From an uncultured Muribaculaceae bacterium (GTDB lineage: Bacteria; Pseudomonadota; Alphaproteobacteria; Rs-D84): DNA of 64,000 bases. Below, one piece after another: positions 9,896 through 19,377 of this stretch. The first letter of the stretch is position 1; every line of letters starts with the position of its first letter. Position numbers and translations under genes: made by a program. The stretch is taken from positions 338,075 through 402,074 of the forward strand of contig OZ246409.1 of the NCBI GenBank assembly GCA_965231035.1, in the 5' to 3' direction. The notes beneath the pieces are model-generated. The model saw only the letters and a program-made list of their open reading frames with translations. It was not told where the DNA came from and did not search any database.

Positions 9896-10798
9896 TTATT
9901 GAACTGCAACATCTTCCCAATAAACCGTTCCTGTTGTTTTATTTATGCTTAACACGCATTGTGCTTGTGCGCCTAAACAGTTTGCAGATGGTTTTGGAAC
10001 AGAATATGTTTCAACAGCATTTACAGTTGTATACTTGGTTGTGCTGCCAGTATCTGTTGCGATGTTGTTTGATTTATTAGCAACATCTTCTTTTCCAGAC
10101 AGGTCTGTATTAATACCTGTTACTACACCACCAACATAGCTTTCAACTGCATGTACAGTCGTATACTTACTTGTGCTGCCTGTATCTGTTGTCATGTTAT
10201 CTGACTTATTTGCAACATCTTCCTTAGTTGCCAACGCTGTGTTAACATCTGTTGTGTTTGCTTTTGTTGCTAATCCAGTATCAACATATGTTGTATCTGC
10301 TTTGGTTGCCAATGCTGTGGTTACATCTGTTGTGTTTGCTTTTGTTGCCAATTGACCATCAACATATGTTGTGTCAGCTTTTGTTGCCAAACCTGTGTTA
10401 ACGTCTGCTGTTTTTGCATAATCTGTCAAATCAGCTGATTGCAATGCTGTATCTGCTTTGCCCAAAGTTGTTTGAACATCCAATGACAATTTTGGTTTAG
10501 TTACACTTGCATCATCAATATCAGTTGTTGTAACTGTACTTTTTGTTGCCAATGCACCCAAACTTGCTGTATCAGCCTTTGCACCCAATGCTGTATCAAC
10601 TTCAGTCTTGGTATAAGTATCCGTTTTATCAGCTTTTAAATTCAATGCCGATGTTGTATTTGTAGAAAGCGTTGCATTTTGAGCATCAACGTATCCTTTA
10701 CTGGTCAACTGAGTATCTCCAGGAGCTGCCTGAGCTGTACCAGCGCCAATCAGAATTACTGACATGACACCAAAAAAGACTATTTTTTTGTTTTTCAT
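9896..10798 (-). CDS. secreted repeat protein, paralog of 9000..9857
   Basis: Signal peptide, SKGYVDAQN, ATKADTTYVDTGLATKANTTDV repeats. An ~85-bp DNA tract is identical to the 9000..9857 gene. Confidence 0.7.
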   Translation of the reverse strand: MKNKKIVFFGVMSVILIGAGTAQAAPGDTQLTSKGYVDAQNATLSTNTTSALNLKADKTDTYTKTEVDTALGAKADTASLGALATKSTVTTTDIDDASVTKPKLSLDVQTTLGKADTALQSADLTDYAKTADVNTGLATKADTTYVDGQLATKANTTDVTTALATKADTTYVDTGLATKANTTDVNTALATKEDVANKSDNMTTDTGSTSKYTTVHAVESYVGGVVTGINTDLSGKEDVANKSNNIATDTGSTTKYTTVNAVETYSVPKPSANCLGAQAQCVLSINKTTGTVYWEDVAVQ

Positions 10799-10949
10799 TT
10801 TTTTCTCCGTTTTTGTTTTTTATCCCTTTTTTCTTTTTTAAGAAAACAGGTATATTTTCTTGTGATATTCAAAAATTTTTCAACTTATGCTTATCACTAC
10901 TCCCTTATTTGATTCAGTTGACTAAACAACCAAACCTTATCTACACTTT

Positions 10950-12398
10950 TTAATAAGCTACTTTAAACCAATCTGTTTGTCCGTTATTTACAACCATAAC
11001 ATAGTCAGAACCATCCGCAGGTGCGCCTGTGGTACTTGGAACATCCCCTGGTTGCAAAGCTGTATCCGCCTTGCCCAAAGAAGATTGAACATCTGTTGCC
11101 AACTTTGGTTTTGTAACATTGGCATCATCGATATCATTTGTTGCAACAGTATTCTTCGCAGCCAAAGCACCCAAGCTGGCTGTATCTGCTTTTGTCGACA
11201 AAGAAGTATTTACTTCTGTTTTTGTTGCATAGTTGGACATATCGGCCGATTGCAATGCTGTATCTGCTTTATCCAGAGAAGATTGGACATCCGTCGATAA
11301 TTTTGGTTTAGTAACATTCGCGTCATCAATATCTGTTGTTGCTACTGTATTCTTTGCAGCCAAAGCACCTAAACTCGCTGTGTCTGCCTTGGTTGATAAA
11401 TCTGTTTTTGTAGCATAATTAACTAAATCCGCTGGTTGAACTGCTGTATCTGCTTTGGCCCCTTGGACAGATGTTGCATAATTAGCAGCAGCAGCATTTA
11501 TCGCAGCAATAATTGCTGAATTCATTTCCAGTGTTGTTGAATATCCTGACAAATCAGCACCAGATCCAGGTTCACCCTGTGGACCTTGGGCACCAGTATC
11601 ACCTTTGTCACCCTTTTCGCCTTGAGGACCCTGTAATCCTTGTTCACCCTGTGGGCCTTGTAATCCCTGCTCTCCTTGGAGACCTTGTAAACCTTGTTCA
11701 CCTTGAAGTCCCTGGGCACCATCAGCACCTTTTAAATCTTGCAGGGATACCAAGTTAGTCCATGTACTGGATGCATCGTCATACTTCCATTGAATATGCG
11801 TTCCGTCTGATTGTAATAATATTTTTTCGCCGTTTACATTAACTGCGGATATAACACCATTTGCAATTTCAATCCCCGCACCAGCTGTTAAAATATCTTG
11901 TTTTGAATCTAATAATGTATCAGTTTCTGTTTTTGAATACTGATTATCATTAGCATCTTTTATATTATCTACTCTGGTATCTAAAACATCTATTTGATTT
12001 TGTAAATCTGTGTTATTACCTGTGCTGCCATTTGATGTGCTATAGCTGGGATTTTGAGATCTGATAGAGCTGCCACCACCAACATTTTTTCCACCACTTA
12101 AATATTTTCCAACAGAAAGTCTTGAAGAATAATAGCCAGAAGAATTTCTGGCAACACTTGTATCATTGGAATCAGAAGAAGTACTTGTTGAAGAACTGTC
12201 TGTATCAGTATTTGAATTTACTCTGATAGACGCAGCACGCAAAGAACCCGTACGTGCAGCTGTTGCATCGGAAGCACTGTTATATGTAGTCGCACCACCA
12301 AAAGATCTTATGGACGGAGCAGCATGTACACCACTAAAAGTGGTTGTACAAAAAACGCAAACTATTGATAATAATGATATCTTTACGTTATGTCTCAT
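10950..12398 (-). CDS. secreted chimeric collagen-like plus TKAD-repeat protein, paralog family
   Basis: Signal peptide. GLQGEQGLQGPQGEKGDKGDTG collagen run plus KPKL(A/S)TDVQSSLGKADTALQ repeats. Confidence 0.7.
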   Translation of the reverse strand: MRHNVKISLLSIVCVFCTTTFSGVHAAPSIRSFGGATTYNSASDATAARTGSLRAASIRVNSNTDTDSSSTSTSSDSNDTSVARNSSGYYSSRLSVGKYLSGGKNVGGGSSIRSQNPSYSTSNGSTGNNTDLQNQIDVLDTRVDNIKDANDNQYSKTETDTLLDSKQDILTAGAGIEIANGVISAVNVNGEKILLQSDGTHIQWKYDDASSTWTNLVSLQDLKGADGAQGLQGEQGLQGLQGEQGLQGPQGEQGLQGPQGEKGDKGDTGAQGPQGEPGSGADLSGYSTTLEMNSAIIAAINAAAANYATSVQGAKADTAVQPADLVNYATKTDLSTKADTASLGALAAKNTVATTDIDDANVTKPKLSTDVQSSLDKADTALQSADMSNYATKTEVNTSLSTKADTASLGALAAKNTVATNDIDDANVTKPKLATDVQSSLGKADTALQPGDVPSTTGAPADGSDYVMVVNNGQTDWFKVAY

Positions 12399-12457
12399 TA
12401 ATTCTCTCTACCCTCAACAGTATACCACATTTTTGACCCTCATAAAAGTGCCTATTT

Positions 12458-13168
12458 TTAAAATTCGTATCTTAACCCCAAAGAAAACTGATTATCTAAA
12501 ACCAAACCAATATCTGATTTAAAATAATACTTCTCATAAACATCATCTTTATCAGGATCTGCTTCAAAATATCTGGTATGACTAGTACCGTAAAAACCAG
12601 CAATTCTATAACGCAAATCCAAAATAAATCTGTAATCTAATCTGTGTGAAAGTCCAAAAATCAAGCCACCCATTGGTGATAAAGATGTTTTCTCACGATT
12701 ACCTGGCAGAAAAGCATCCCAATTCCAAACTGTTTTTGGAAATGCCAATCCAGCCGAAGCACCAAGATACAAACCATTTCTGAAATCATACAAAGCACTT
12801 GATAAAACATACGGTGTTGAAAAATTAAATTCGATGCCTTGATCTTGATCTGTGAACGTTCCTGTGTAACCTGCTTCAACTTCACCACGCCAAAAATAAC
12901 TAAAGGATTTACCAATTGTAAAACTGCCACCAAAAGATGGTGAAAAAGAATATTTATCACAAGAGTATTCTTTTTGTGCATCTTTTGTATCATTCGAATT
13001 ATAATTATTTGTCCAACTAAGCATATTCATTTCGGCACGAAAACCCATGTACCATCCGGTTTTTTCTTCGTAAACCCTACGATTATCACCAATTAAATAA
13101 TCTTGAACTGCATCGGCCTGCGAAACAGTAAAAAAACACAATAAAAAAGCGTATAACAATCTCTTCAT
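12458..13168 (-). CDS. outer-membrane beta-barrel protein (OmpA-like barrel/opacity family)
   Basis: Signal peptide, alternating amphipathic strands, C-terminal ...LGLRYEF. Confidence 0.55.
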   Translation of the reverse strand: MKRLLYAFLLCFFTVSQADAVQDYLIGDNRRVYEEKTGWYMGFRAEMNMLSWTNNYNSNDTKDAQKEYSCDKYSFSPSFGGSFTIGKSFSYFWRGEVEAGYTGTFTDQDQGIEFNFSTPYVLSSALYDFRNGLYLGASAGLAFPKTVWNWDAFLPGNREKTSLSPMGGLIFGLSHRLDYRFILDLRYRIAGFYGTSHTRYFEADPDKDDVYEKYYFKSDIGLVLDNQFSLGLRYEF

Positions 13169-13313
13169 AACATTTTGATGTATATACATCATATCACAAA
13201 ACAAAGTACCATCAAAACGCTAAATCCCTAAAATGTTATAACTTGTTAATTTATGACTAAATTTAAGAGCTTGATACTTGACCATAATAAGTTTTTTTAC
13301 TAATATCCATCCC

Positions 13314-14102
13314 ATGGATAATGATACCGCAATATCTTTTGCAAATGTTGGTGCACATTATGATAATGGACGTGAAGTTCTGTCAGATGTTTCTTTTAAT
13401 ATCAGTAAAGGTTCCTTTTATTTTCTTTCTGGGGCATCGGGTGCCGGTAAAACAACTTTATTAAAATTAATCTATCAGCTTCACCGGCAAAGTCGCGGTA
13501 ATATAAAATTATTTGGCAAAACTACAAATGGCTTGTCCAGGGATGACATAACGGATTTGCGTAAAAGAATGGCCATTGTTTTCCAAGAATATTCACTTCT
13601 TTCACATTTATCTGTTTTTGATAATGTTGCTATGCCTTTGCGTGTTCGCGGAATATCTGAAAACAAAATCAAGAAATTGGTTGGTAAAACTTTGGAATGG
13701 GTTGGTCTTGGCAGATACGCTGATTCAAATCCCAAAGAATTAAGTGGGGGTCAACAACAACGCGTTTCTGTTGCGCGTGCAATTATTGTTCAACCTGAAA
13801 TTTTGCTTGCTGACGAACCAACAGGAAATTTGGATGATGAAAATGCATCCAGACTGATGGAATTATTTATTCAAATGAATAAAAATTTCGGAACGACAAT
13901 TATTCTGGCAACACACAGTAGAAAATTGATGGACTCTTATAAATTTCCAACAATAATGGTTGAAAACCACCGTGTAAGTTTTACGGGTAATGATAAAGAA
14001 TCAGAAAATTCTGACAAGAAGGTGTGGAAAGGTCCAAAACCACAAAATTATTTTTCCGAACTGTCCAAACAGTTTGATAACATTGTGAATCCAAAATTAT
14101 GA
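13314..14102 (+). CDS. ftsE: cell-division ABC transporter ATP-binding protein FtsE (with C-terminal extension)
   Basis: Walker A GASGAGKTT and signature LSGGQQQRVSVARA. Directly followed by ftsX. Confidence 0.8.
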   Translation: MDNDTAISFANVGAHYDNGREVLSDVSFNISKGSFYFLSGASGAGKTTLLKLIYQLHRQSRGNIKLFGKTTNGLSRDDITDLRKRMAIVFQEYSLLSHLSVFDNVAMPLRVRGISENKIKKLVGKTLEWVGLGRYADSNPKELSGGQQQRVSVARAIIVQPEILLADEPTGNLDDENASRLMELFIQMNKNFGTTIILATHSRKLMDSYKFPTIMVENHRVSFTGNDKESENSDKKVWKGPKPQNYFSELSKQFDNIVNPKL

Positions 14103-14962
14103 AAATGATAAAGAAGCCACTTGTATTTTCTTTGATACGCGAACAGTCAATATTTATGACCGCGATTATGTCATTGTTAACTTTTATGTCGGTTTTGATT
14201 TTAGGGATTGCTTTATCAATCGGTATTGGTGTTGCACGTTGGAATTCCCAATGGGATTTATTTGCAACTGTCCAAGTTATGTCAGATGAAAATCTTCCTG
14301 CAACACAAAATGTTATTCGTGAAAATGTTTCAAAAATTGCATCTATAAAAGAAATATCCAAAGAAGATATGGAACAAATGCTTCGTCCATGGATGTCCGG
14401 CGGCAGCTCTGAACTTGGAAACTATCTTCCAAAAATGTATGAAATAAAATTCAAAGACAAATCTTATATCACCCCATTTGGCGAAAAAGTTTCTGGTTCA
14501 GCACGTTTCTTGACCCACAGCACAGCACTCAGCAATTCAATCAACGCAGGATGGCGAATGATTGGAATTTCTGGACTTGTTCTGCTTTTGACACTTGGGG
14601 CAATTGCAATTTGTATTTCTTATATTGCGAAAAATACCGCCCTGCTTCACAGACGTGAATTGGAAATATTAAACCAGATTGGCGCACGTGACTCTTTTGT
14701 GGCGAAACAAATGCAAATAATTGTTGGAAAAATTTCTGGTCTGGCTGGATTACTTGGTTTTGCAGCAGCGTTACCGGTTTTGGAATTGATTTTATCAACT
14801 GCAAAAAGTGCCCGTGTTGGATTGATGGCGATGATGGGATTAAATGGTATCAGTTGGATGCTGTTGATTATGATGCCAATCGCAATCGTGATATTTTCAA
14901 TTTACATAACTAAAAAAACAACCCTTAAAATTCTTAATAAAGCAAACGATGAAATTTTTTAA
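14099..14962 (+). CDS. ftsX: cell-division permease-like protein FtsX
   Basis: 287 aa with four TM segments and a large periplasmic loop; overlaps the ftsE stop. Confidence 0.7.
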   Translation: MKMIKKPLVFSLIREQSIFMTAIMSLLTFMSVLILGIALSIGIGVARWNSQWDLFATVQVMSDENLPATQNVIRENVSKIASIKEISKEDMEQMLRPWMSGGSSELGNYLPKMYEIKFKDKSYITPFGEKVSGSARFLTHSTALSNSINAGWRMIGISGLVLLLTLGAIAICISYIAKNTALLHRRELEILNQIGARDSFVAKQMQIIVGKISGLAGLLGFAAALPVLELILSTAKSARVGLMAMMGLNGISWMLLIMMPIAIVIFSIYITKKTTLKILNKANDEIF

Positions 14963-15458
14963 CCCATCTTTATTGATATTGTGTTTGTTCGTCTTGGGCG
15001 GGGCAATATTTAAATCTACAGCTCCAACCAGATGTTCTGTAATACTTCCGAACGATAATATTTTTGTTTTGACTGGTGATTTTCGCAGAATACCATTTGC
15101 GATGCGTCAGATGCGAAAACATCCAACTGCACAGGTTTATGTTATTGGTGCAGGTGCCAGTGGTATAAATATGCCATCAACTGTTGTTATAGAATCTAAA
15201 TCCAGGTCAACTTATCAAAATGCGATGGCAATAAAAAGAATCGTTGAACAAAGGGGTTTGGACAGAATTGTTCTGATAACAACTGTTGATCATTTTAATC
15301 GTGCAAAGTACTTGATAAGAAATGAATTACCTGATATTGATATTGCACCTTGCCCTGTTTCATTAACTGGAATGCCGGCTTCAAAAAGACTTGAAAGATG
15401 GACAACTGAATATGTAAAGTATATCGGTACATTAATCGGGGTAAAAGATAGTAAATAA
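14949..15458 (+). CDS. DUF218 (SanA/YdcF/ElyC-like) protein
   Basis: VLTGDF...YQNAMAIKRIVEQRG...DHFNRAKYL pattern. Confidence 0.55.
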   Translation: MKFFNPSLLILCLFVLGGAIFKSTAPTRCSVILPNDNIFVLTGDFRRIPFAMRQMRKHPTAQVYVIGAGASGINMPSTVVIESKSRSTYQNAMAIKRIVEQRGLDRIVLITTVDHFNRAKYLIRNELPDIDIAPCPVSLTGMPASKRLERWTTEYVKYIGTLIGVKDSK

Positions 15459-15477
15459 ATAAAGGAATATATATATT

Positions 15478-16185
15478 ATGATAAAGACTGTTTTGTTTAA
15501 GTTTTTTTTAGCTATTTGGTTCATTTTATGGTCGCCATTTTTGTTGTTGGGTTTACCTTCACGTAAATTAACCAGATTTTTTGTTTTGGCAGATGCGCGT
15601 GGTGTTTTGTGGCTGGCACACATTATTGTTGGGATAAAATATAATATTCATTATCCCCCACGTGAGGAAAATGGTGTTCCATTTAAACCAAATGAAAACG
15701 ACCGTGTCGATGGCAAGGCTATAATTGCAGCCAAGCATATGTCTATTTTGGAAATTGCTATATTAGCAACACATTTAACAAATTCATTTTTTATAATTAA
15801 ACGTGAATTGATGTGGATACCAATTTATGGTTGGGCTTTTTGGCGTATGGGATTCCAGGGCGTTAACCGTGACAAAGGTGCCACAAATATGCAAAAGCTG
15901 ACCCAGTCGGTTGCAGAAAAAATTATGGATAAACAAATTTTGATTATTTTTCCCGAAGGCACACGCGTAAAACCAGGTCAAAATGTTAAATTGAAACGTG
16001 GGCTGCTATTTATTGCAGAAAGTTTAAAACTTCCTATTTTGCCAGTTGGAACAGATTCGGGTCTTTATTGGCCAAAGAAAGGTAGAATGCATGGTGGAAC
16101 TGCAAACGTTTATTTTGAAAATGTTTTGCCTTGCTCGGCTTCGTTGGAAGAAATCCGTGAAGCAATCAATCGTCACTCGGTTTAA
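15478..16185 (+). CDS. plsC: 1-acyl-sn-glycerol-3-phosphate acyltransferase
   Basis: AAKHMSILE (HX4D-like) and FPEGTR motifs. Confidence 0.75.
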   Translation: MIKTVLFKFFLAIWFILWSPFLLLGLPSRKLTRFFVLADARGVLWLAHIIVGIKYNIHYPPREENGVPFKPNENDRVDGKAIIAAKHMSILEIAILATHLTNSFFIIKRELMWIPIYGWAFWRMGFQGVNRDKGATNMQKLTQSVAEKIMDKQILIIFPEGTRVKPGQNVKLKRGLLFIAESLKLPILPVGTDSGLYWPKKGRMHGGTANVYFENVLPCSASLEEIREAINRHSV

Positions 16186-16260
16186 ATAAAAATAGTCGAT
16201 TATATTTTTTTGTAGTTTTTTATTTACATAAAAACTATAATTAAAAGAATTTGAGGAAAT

Positions 16261-16647
16261 ATGAAAAAAATTCTGTTTGTTTTTTTAATAGTACTTTTGT
16301 CCTTAAACTCAAAATCCTACGGAAATACGTGCATGAATTGTATTCCGAATGGAAACAATACGGATCCATATTTGGATGGTTGTGACGATGCGCTATCACT
16401 GGGTTGTGAAGACTCTGGTGCAGGTGCAGAAATTATTACTTGTCTTAGTTGTTCTAGTGGTTATAGCACAGTTTCTCATAGTTCTGGGTGCGGCACTTAT
16501 TACACATGTTCTACCAGCGGCGGTGGTACACCTTGCACAGGTACTTATACCACGCTGAATGTGGATTTTAGTGATGATGGTCGCGGCAGCGGACACTATG
16601 TAGAACATAGATATTCTACAGCTTGTGATTGTGGTGCAGCTCAATAA
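16261..16647 (+). CDS. secreted cysteine-rich protein
   Basis: Signal peptide; many CxxC / C-x-C spacings; Gly/Ser/Thr-rich. Confidence 0.5.
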   Translation: MKKILFVFLIVLLSLNSKSYGNTCMNCIPNGNNTDPYLDGCDDALSLGCEDSGAGAEIITCLSCSSGYSTVSHSSGCGTYYTCSTSGGGTPCTGTYTTLNVDFSDDGRGSGHYVEHRYSTACDCGAAQ

Positions 16648-16661
16648 AAATAGAAAAAATT

Positions 16662-17021
16662 ATGAAAAAAAAATTACTAATTTCTTTTTTCACAATATTC
16701 ATAATTGCACTTTATTCAAAGGCTGCATCCGCTGCTGTAACATATTGCATTGTTGATACCGTTTATACCTCATGTGATGCTGGATATTATCTTTCTGGCG
16801 GAGTTTGTTCAGTATGTCCCACAGACACTTATAAAGATACCATCTCTGCAGCGGGCTCTTGTACATCATGTCCTTATTTACAAGATGTTCAGGGTCATAC
16901 AAGTGGAACATCTTACACAAACCATGATTCTATTACAGATTGTTTTGTTTTATCTGGTACAACATTTTCAGACACTTCTGGTTCTTATTCATTTACCAGT
17001 AATTGTTATTACAGTAATTAA
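16662..17021 (+). CDS. secreted cysteine-rich protein with TNFR/furin-like Cys spacing
   Basis: Signal peptide. CDAGYYLSGGVCSVCPTDTYKD...CTSCPYLQD repeats. Confidence 0.5.
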   Translation: MKKKLLISFFTIFIIALYSKAASAAVTYCIVDTVYTSCDAGYYLSGGVCSVCPTDTYKDTISAAGSCTSCPYLQDVQGHTSGTSYTNHDSITDCFVLSGTTFSDTSGSYSFTSNCYYSN

Positions 17022-17047
17022 TTAAAAATCCGCCTGCTTGCGAATTT

Positions 17048-17458
17048 TTATTTACACCATCCAAAGCGGTGACCACCATTATATTTTCTTACCAGCTTTT
17101 CTTTTATCATAACATCACTGACATTAACACCTTTGGATGTTTTAACATTGGCATCAATTCGCCCAAGATATTTATCATCTTTGATATCTGTTAATTCAAC
17201 AACAGCGCCCAAAGGTAAAAGTTCTGACAAGCGTTTCTTGGCAATTTTTGCACCCTGGATTTCCGAATCGCATTTTCCATTAATCTCTGGGGCATCAATA
17301 TCCAAAATACGAACCCGAACAGATATTTTTATGTTATCTTCCAATTTTACCTGGGCCCCAAAAGTATCACCATCAAAGATATAATTCACCGTCGCTGGCA
17401 CAGCATAAGAAGCAATTGGAAGAAAAATACCGGTAAAAATTATAGCTAGTTTCTTCAT
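17048..17458 (-). CDS. secreted thermonuclease (staphylococcal-nuclease fold)
   Basis: Signal peptide; DGDTF...RILDIDAPE...GKCD motifs. Confidence 0.7.
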   Translation of the reverse strand: MKKLAIIFTGIFLPIASYAVPATVNYIFDGDTFGAQVKLEDNIKISVRVRILDIDAPEINGKCDSEIQGAKIAKKRLSELLPLGAVVELTDIKDDKYLGRIDANVKTSKGVNVSDVMIKEKLVRKYNGGHRFGWCK

Positions 17459-17466
17459 TGAATTAT

Positions 17467-18792
17467 TTACGGTAAACGTGGGGACCAAGTTGGTTCAACC
17501 CCGTTTATATTCTTTGGCAATGGAATGTCATACAGGTTTTGACCCATTATATCCACACTGCGAATATGACTGACGCGTTCCATATCATCCATTGTTTTTT
17601 CTGTTTCATAATAAACTATACGACGAGACCCAGGTGCCCAGCTGGGGGATTCCATATACCAACCACCTGCCAATATTTTTTCGTTTCGACCGTTTTCATC
17701 CATAATACCAACATAAAATGTATCGTCTGCAATTTTTGTAAATGCAATGAATTGACCATCAGGTGACCAAGCCGGTGTAGCATAACGACCATCACCATAA
17801 GTTATTCTTTTTTGAACCCCAGTTTCCAAATCCAGCATATGTAATTGTTGGCTGCCCGAACGATTCGAGTTAAATGCCATTTTTTTACCATCTGGTGAAT
17901 AAGCCGGACTGGTATCAATTGATTTGCCGAATGTCAGCTGACGCAAAGTTTTCTTGGCTATGTCGTATTCATAAATGTTTGTAATACCTTCTTTGACCAG
18001 TGACAAAGCAACTTTTGTTCCATCAGGTGAAAAACGTGGTGCAAATGTCATTCCGCCGAATCGTCCCAAACGCCTTTGGTCGCCAGTATTCATATCCAGT
18101 GTCCAAACCATTGGATCATTATCGCGATAAGATAAAAATACAACGTTCTGCATGTTCGGCGAAAAGTGTGGAGACATAACAAAAGTCTTGGCATCAGAAA
18201 CATATCTGAATCCATAACCGTCTTGATCCATTATTGCCATACGTTTTACTCTATCGTCGACTGGTCCTGTTTCGGCAATAAATATTATCTGGGTGTCAAA
18301 ATATCCAACCTCACCCGTTAATCTTTCATAAATTGCATCAGCCATAATGTGTGCCATACGACGTGCAGCTTTTTTCGAAGAAACCAAACTTTGTGCTTCG
18401 ATTTGTTCTTTGCCGTTTACATCCCAAACATAGAAATCTATTTTATAGCGATTATTTTTCTCGGCTACCATTTTAACCTGGACCAGAACCTGGGTTTTTA
18501 TGGCCATCCAGCTTTGGAAATTTGGTAATTGATTCATCTTGGCAAATTCTTGGAACGCATCGTGACCGACGATTCGGAACATCCCAGTAGATTTTAAATC
18601 CTTTTCCAATACATCACGTACCATTGCGGCATCTTTGGAATTAACACGACCATCAGTTTCAAAACGCTGAACCGCAATTGAAATTGGATCAACACCACCA
18701 GCAATAATATCAACCTTGATTTCGGCATTTGCTAATGACACAAAAAAACATCCGCCCAAGACAACAAAAAACTTTAAAAATTTATTAAACAT
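17467..18792 (-). CDS. tolB: Tol-Pal system beta-propeller protein TolB
   Basis: Signal peptide, N-terminal TolB domain, repeated SPDG(K/T)...AF WD-like blades. Confidence 0.85.
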   Translation of the reverse strand: MFNKFLKFFVVLGGCFFVSLANAEIKVDIIAGGVDPISIAVQRFETDGRVNSKDAAMVRDVLEKDLKSTGMFRIVGHDAFQEFAKMNQLPNFQSWMAIKTQVLVQVKMVAEKNNRYKIDFYVWDVNGKEQIEAQSLVSSKKAARRMAHIMADAIYERLTGEVGYFDTQIIFIAETGPVDDRVKRMAIMDQDGYGFRYVSDAKTFVMSPHFSPNMQNVVFLSYRDNDPMVWTLDMNTGDQRRLGRFGGMTFAPRFSPDGTKVALSLVKEGITNIYEYDIAKKTLRQLTFGKSIDTSPAYSPDGKKMAFNSNRSGSQQLHMLDLETGVQKRITYGDGRYATPAWSPDGQFIAFTKIADDTFYVGIMDENGRNEKILAGGWYMESPSWAPGSRRIVYYETEKTMDDMERVSHIRSVDIMGQNLYDIPLPKNINGVEPTWSPRLP

Positions 18793-18954
18793 AACCCTTA
18801 TTCCTTTCCACAACATTGTGCATAAATTCAGATATTTGATTTTATATAGCTTTGTAAGAAAAAGCAAGGATTGCCGTCATCAAGATTCAAAAAACTAAAA
18901 CAAATTTCCAAGATTCAAATAAATAAAATTTAAAATTTTGTCGATATACAAACA

Positions 18955-19080
18955 CCTATACAAATGCCTTTACATCCGTGATTACAAGTGCAATTACAAA
19001 TGTATTGACATCTGTATTTACAGTGATATAGTCAACTGTAATTACACTTGTATTTATAAGTGTATTTATAATTGTATATG
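18955..19080. repeat. degenerate 12-bp tandem repeat array (TATTTACANNTG-like, about 9-10 units)
   Basis: Units: tgattacaagtg, caattacaaatg, tattgacatctg, tatttacagtga, tatagtcaactg, taattacacttg, tatttataagtg, tatttataattg. Confidence 0.6.
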
Positions 19081-19090
19081 GGGGTCTGGT

Positions 19091-19315
19091 ATGCCTAATG
19101 TTATGCAACAGTTGTTCGTTATGAACATAGAATCATTGTTAAAAGAATATGCGGCGTATCGTGCTTTTAATAAATCAGATTGTGTTATAAATATGCGAAT
19201 TCCACGACCAATTCTGGAACATATAAAAGAACTGGCCGACCAACAACATGTCCCCTATCAATCGCTAATATCATCTGTTCTCTTTTCCTTGGCAAATATA
19301 GAAGATAAAAAATAA
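19091..19315 (+). CDS. BrnA/CopG-like (DUF4415-type) antitoxin-like protein, orphan
   Basis: C-terminal RIPRPILEHIKELADQQHVPYQSLISSVL resembles the BrnA pattern. No brnT-like gene upstream. Confidence 0.4.
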   Translation: MPNVMQQLFVMNIESLLKEYAAYRAFNKSDCVINMRIPRPILEHIKELADQQHVPYQSLISSVLFSLANIEDKK

Positions 19316-19344
19316 AAACTGTATAATGTAGAAACTAAAATATA

Positions 19345-19377
19345 TTAAAAAACTCCCAAACGGGAGTTTTTATTTTT
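19345..19377 (+). terminator. bidirectional intrinsic terminator
   Basis: Hairpin CTCCCAAACGGGAG flanked by an A-run and a T-run. Confidence 0.6.

Noticed and set aside
8560-11760. Possible CRISPR-like or DGR-like repeats in the collagen-like gene region
   Set aside because: The repeats are in-frame coding repeats (G-X-Y and heptad modules) inside ORFs. No spacer-repeat architecture, cas genes or reverse transcriptase were seen.
18938-19090. N-terminal part of the tracked ORF 18938..19315, which translates to Y-K-C-rich repeats
   Set aside because: It is the translation of a non-coding 12-bp tandem DNA repeat. The plausible gene starts at the internal ATG at 19091.
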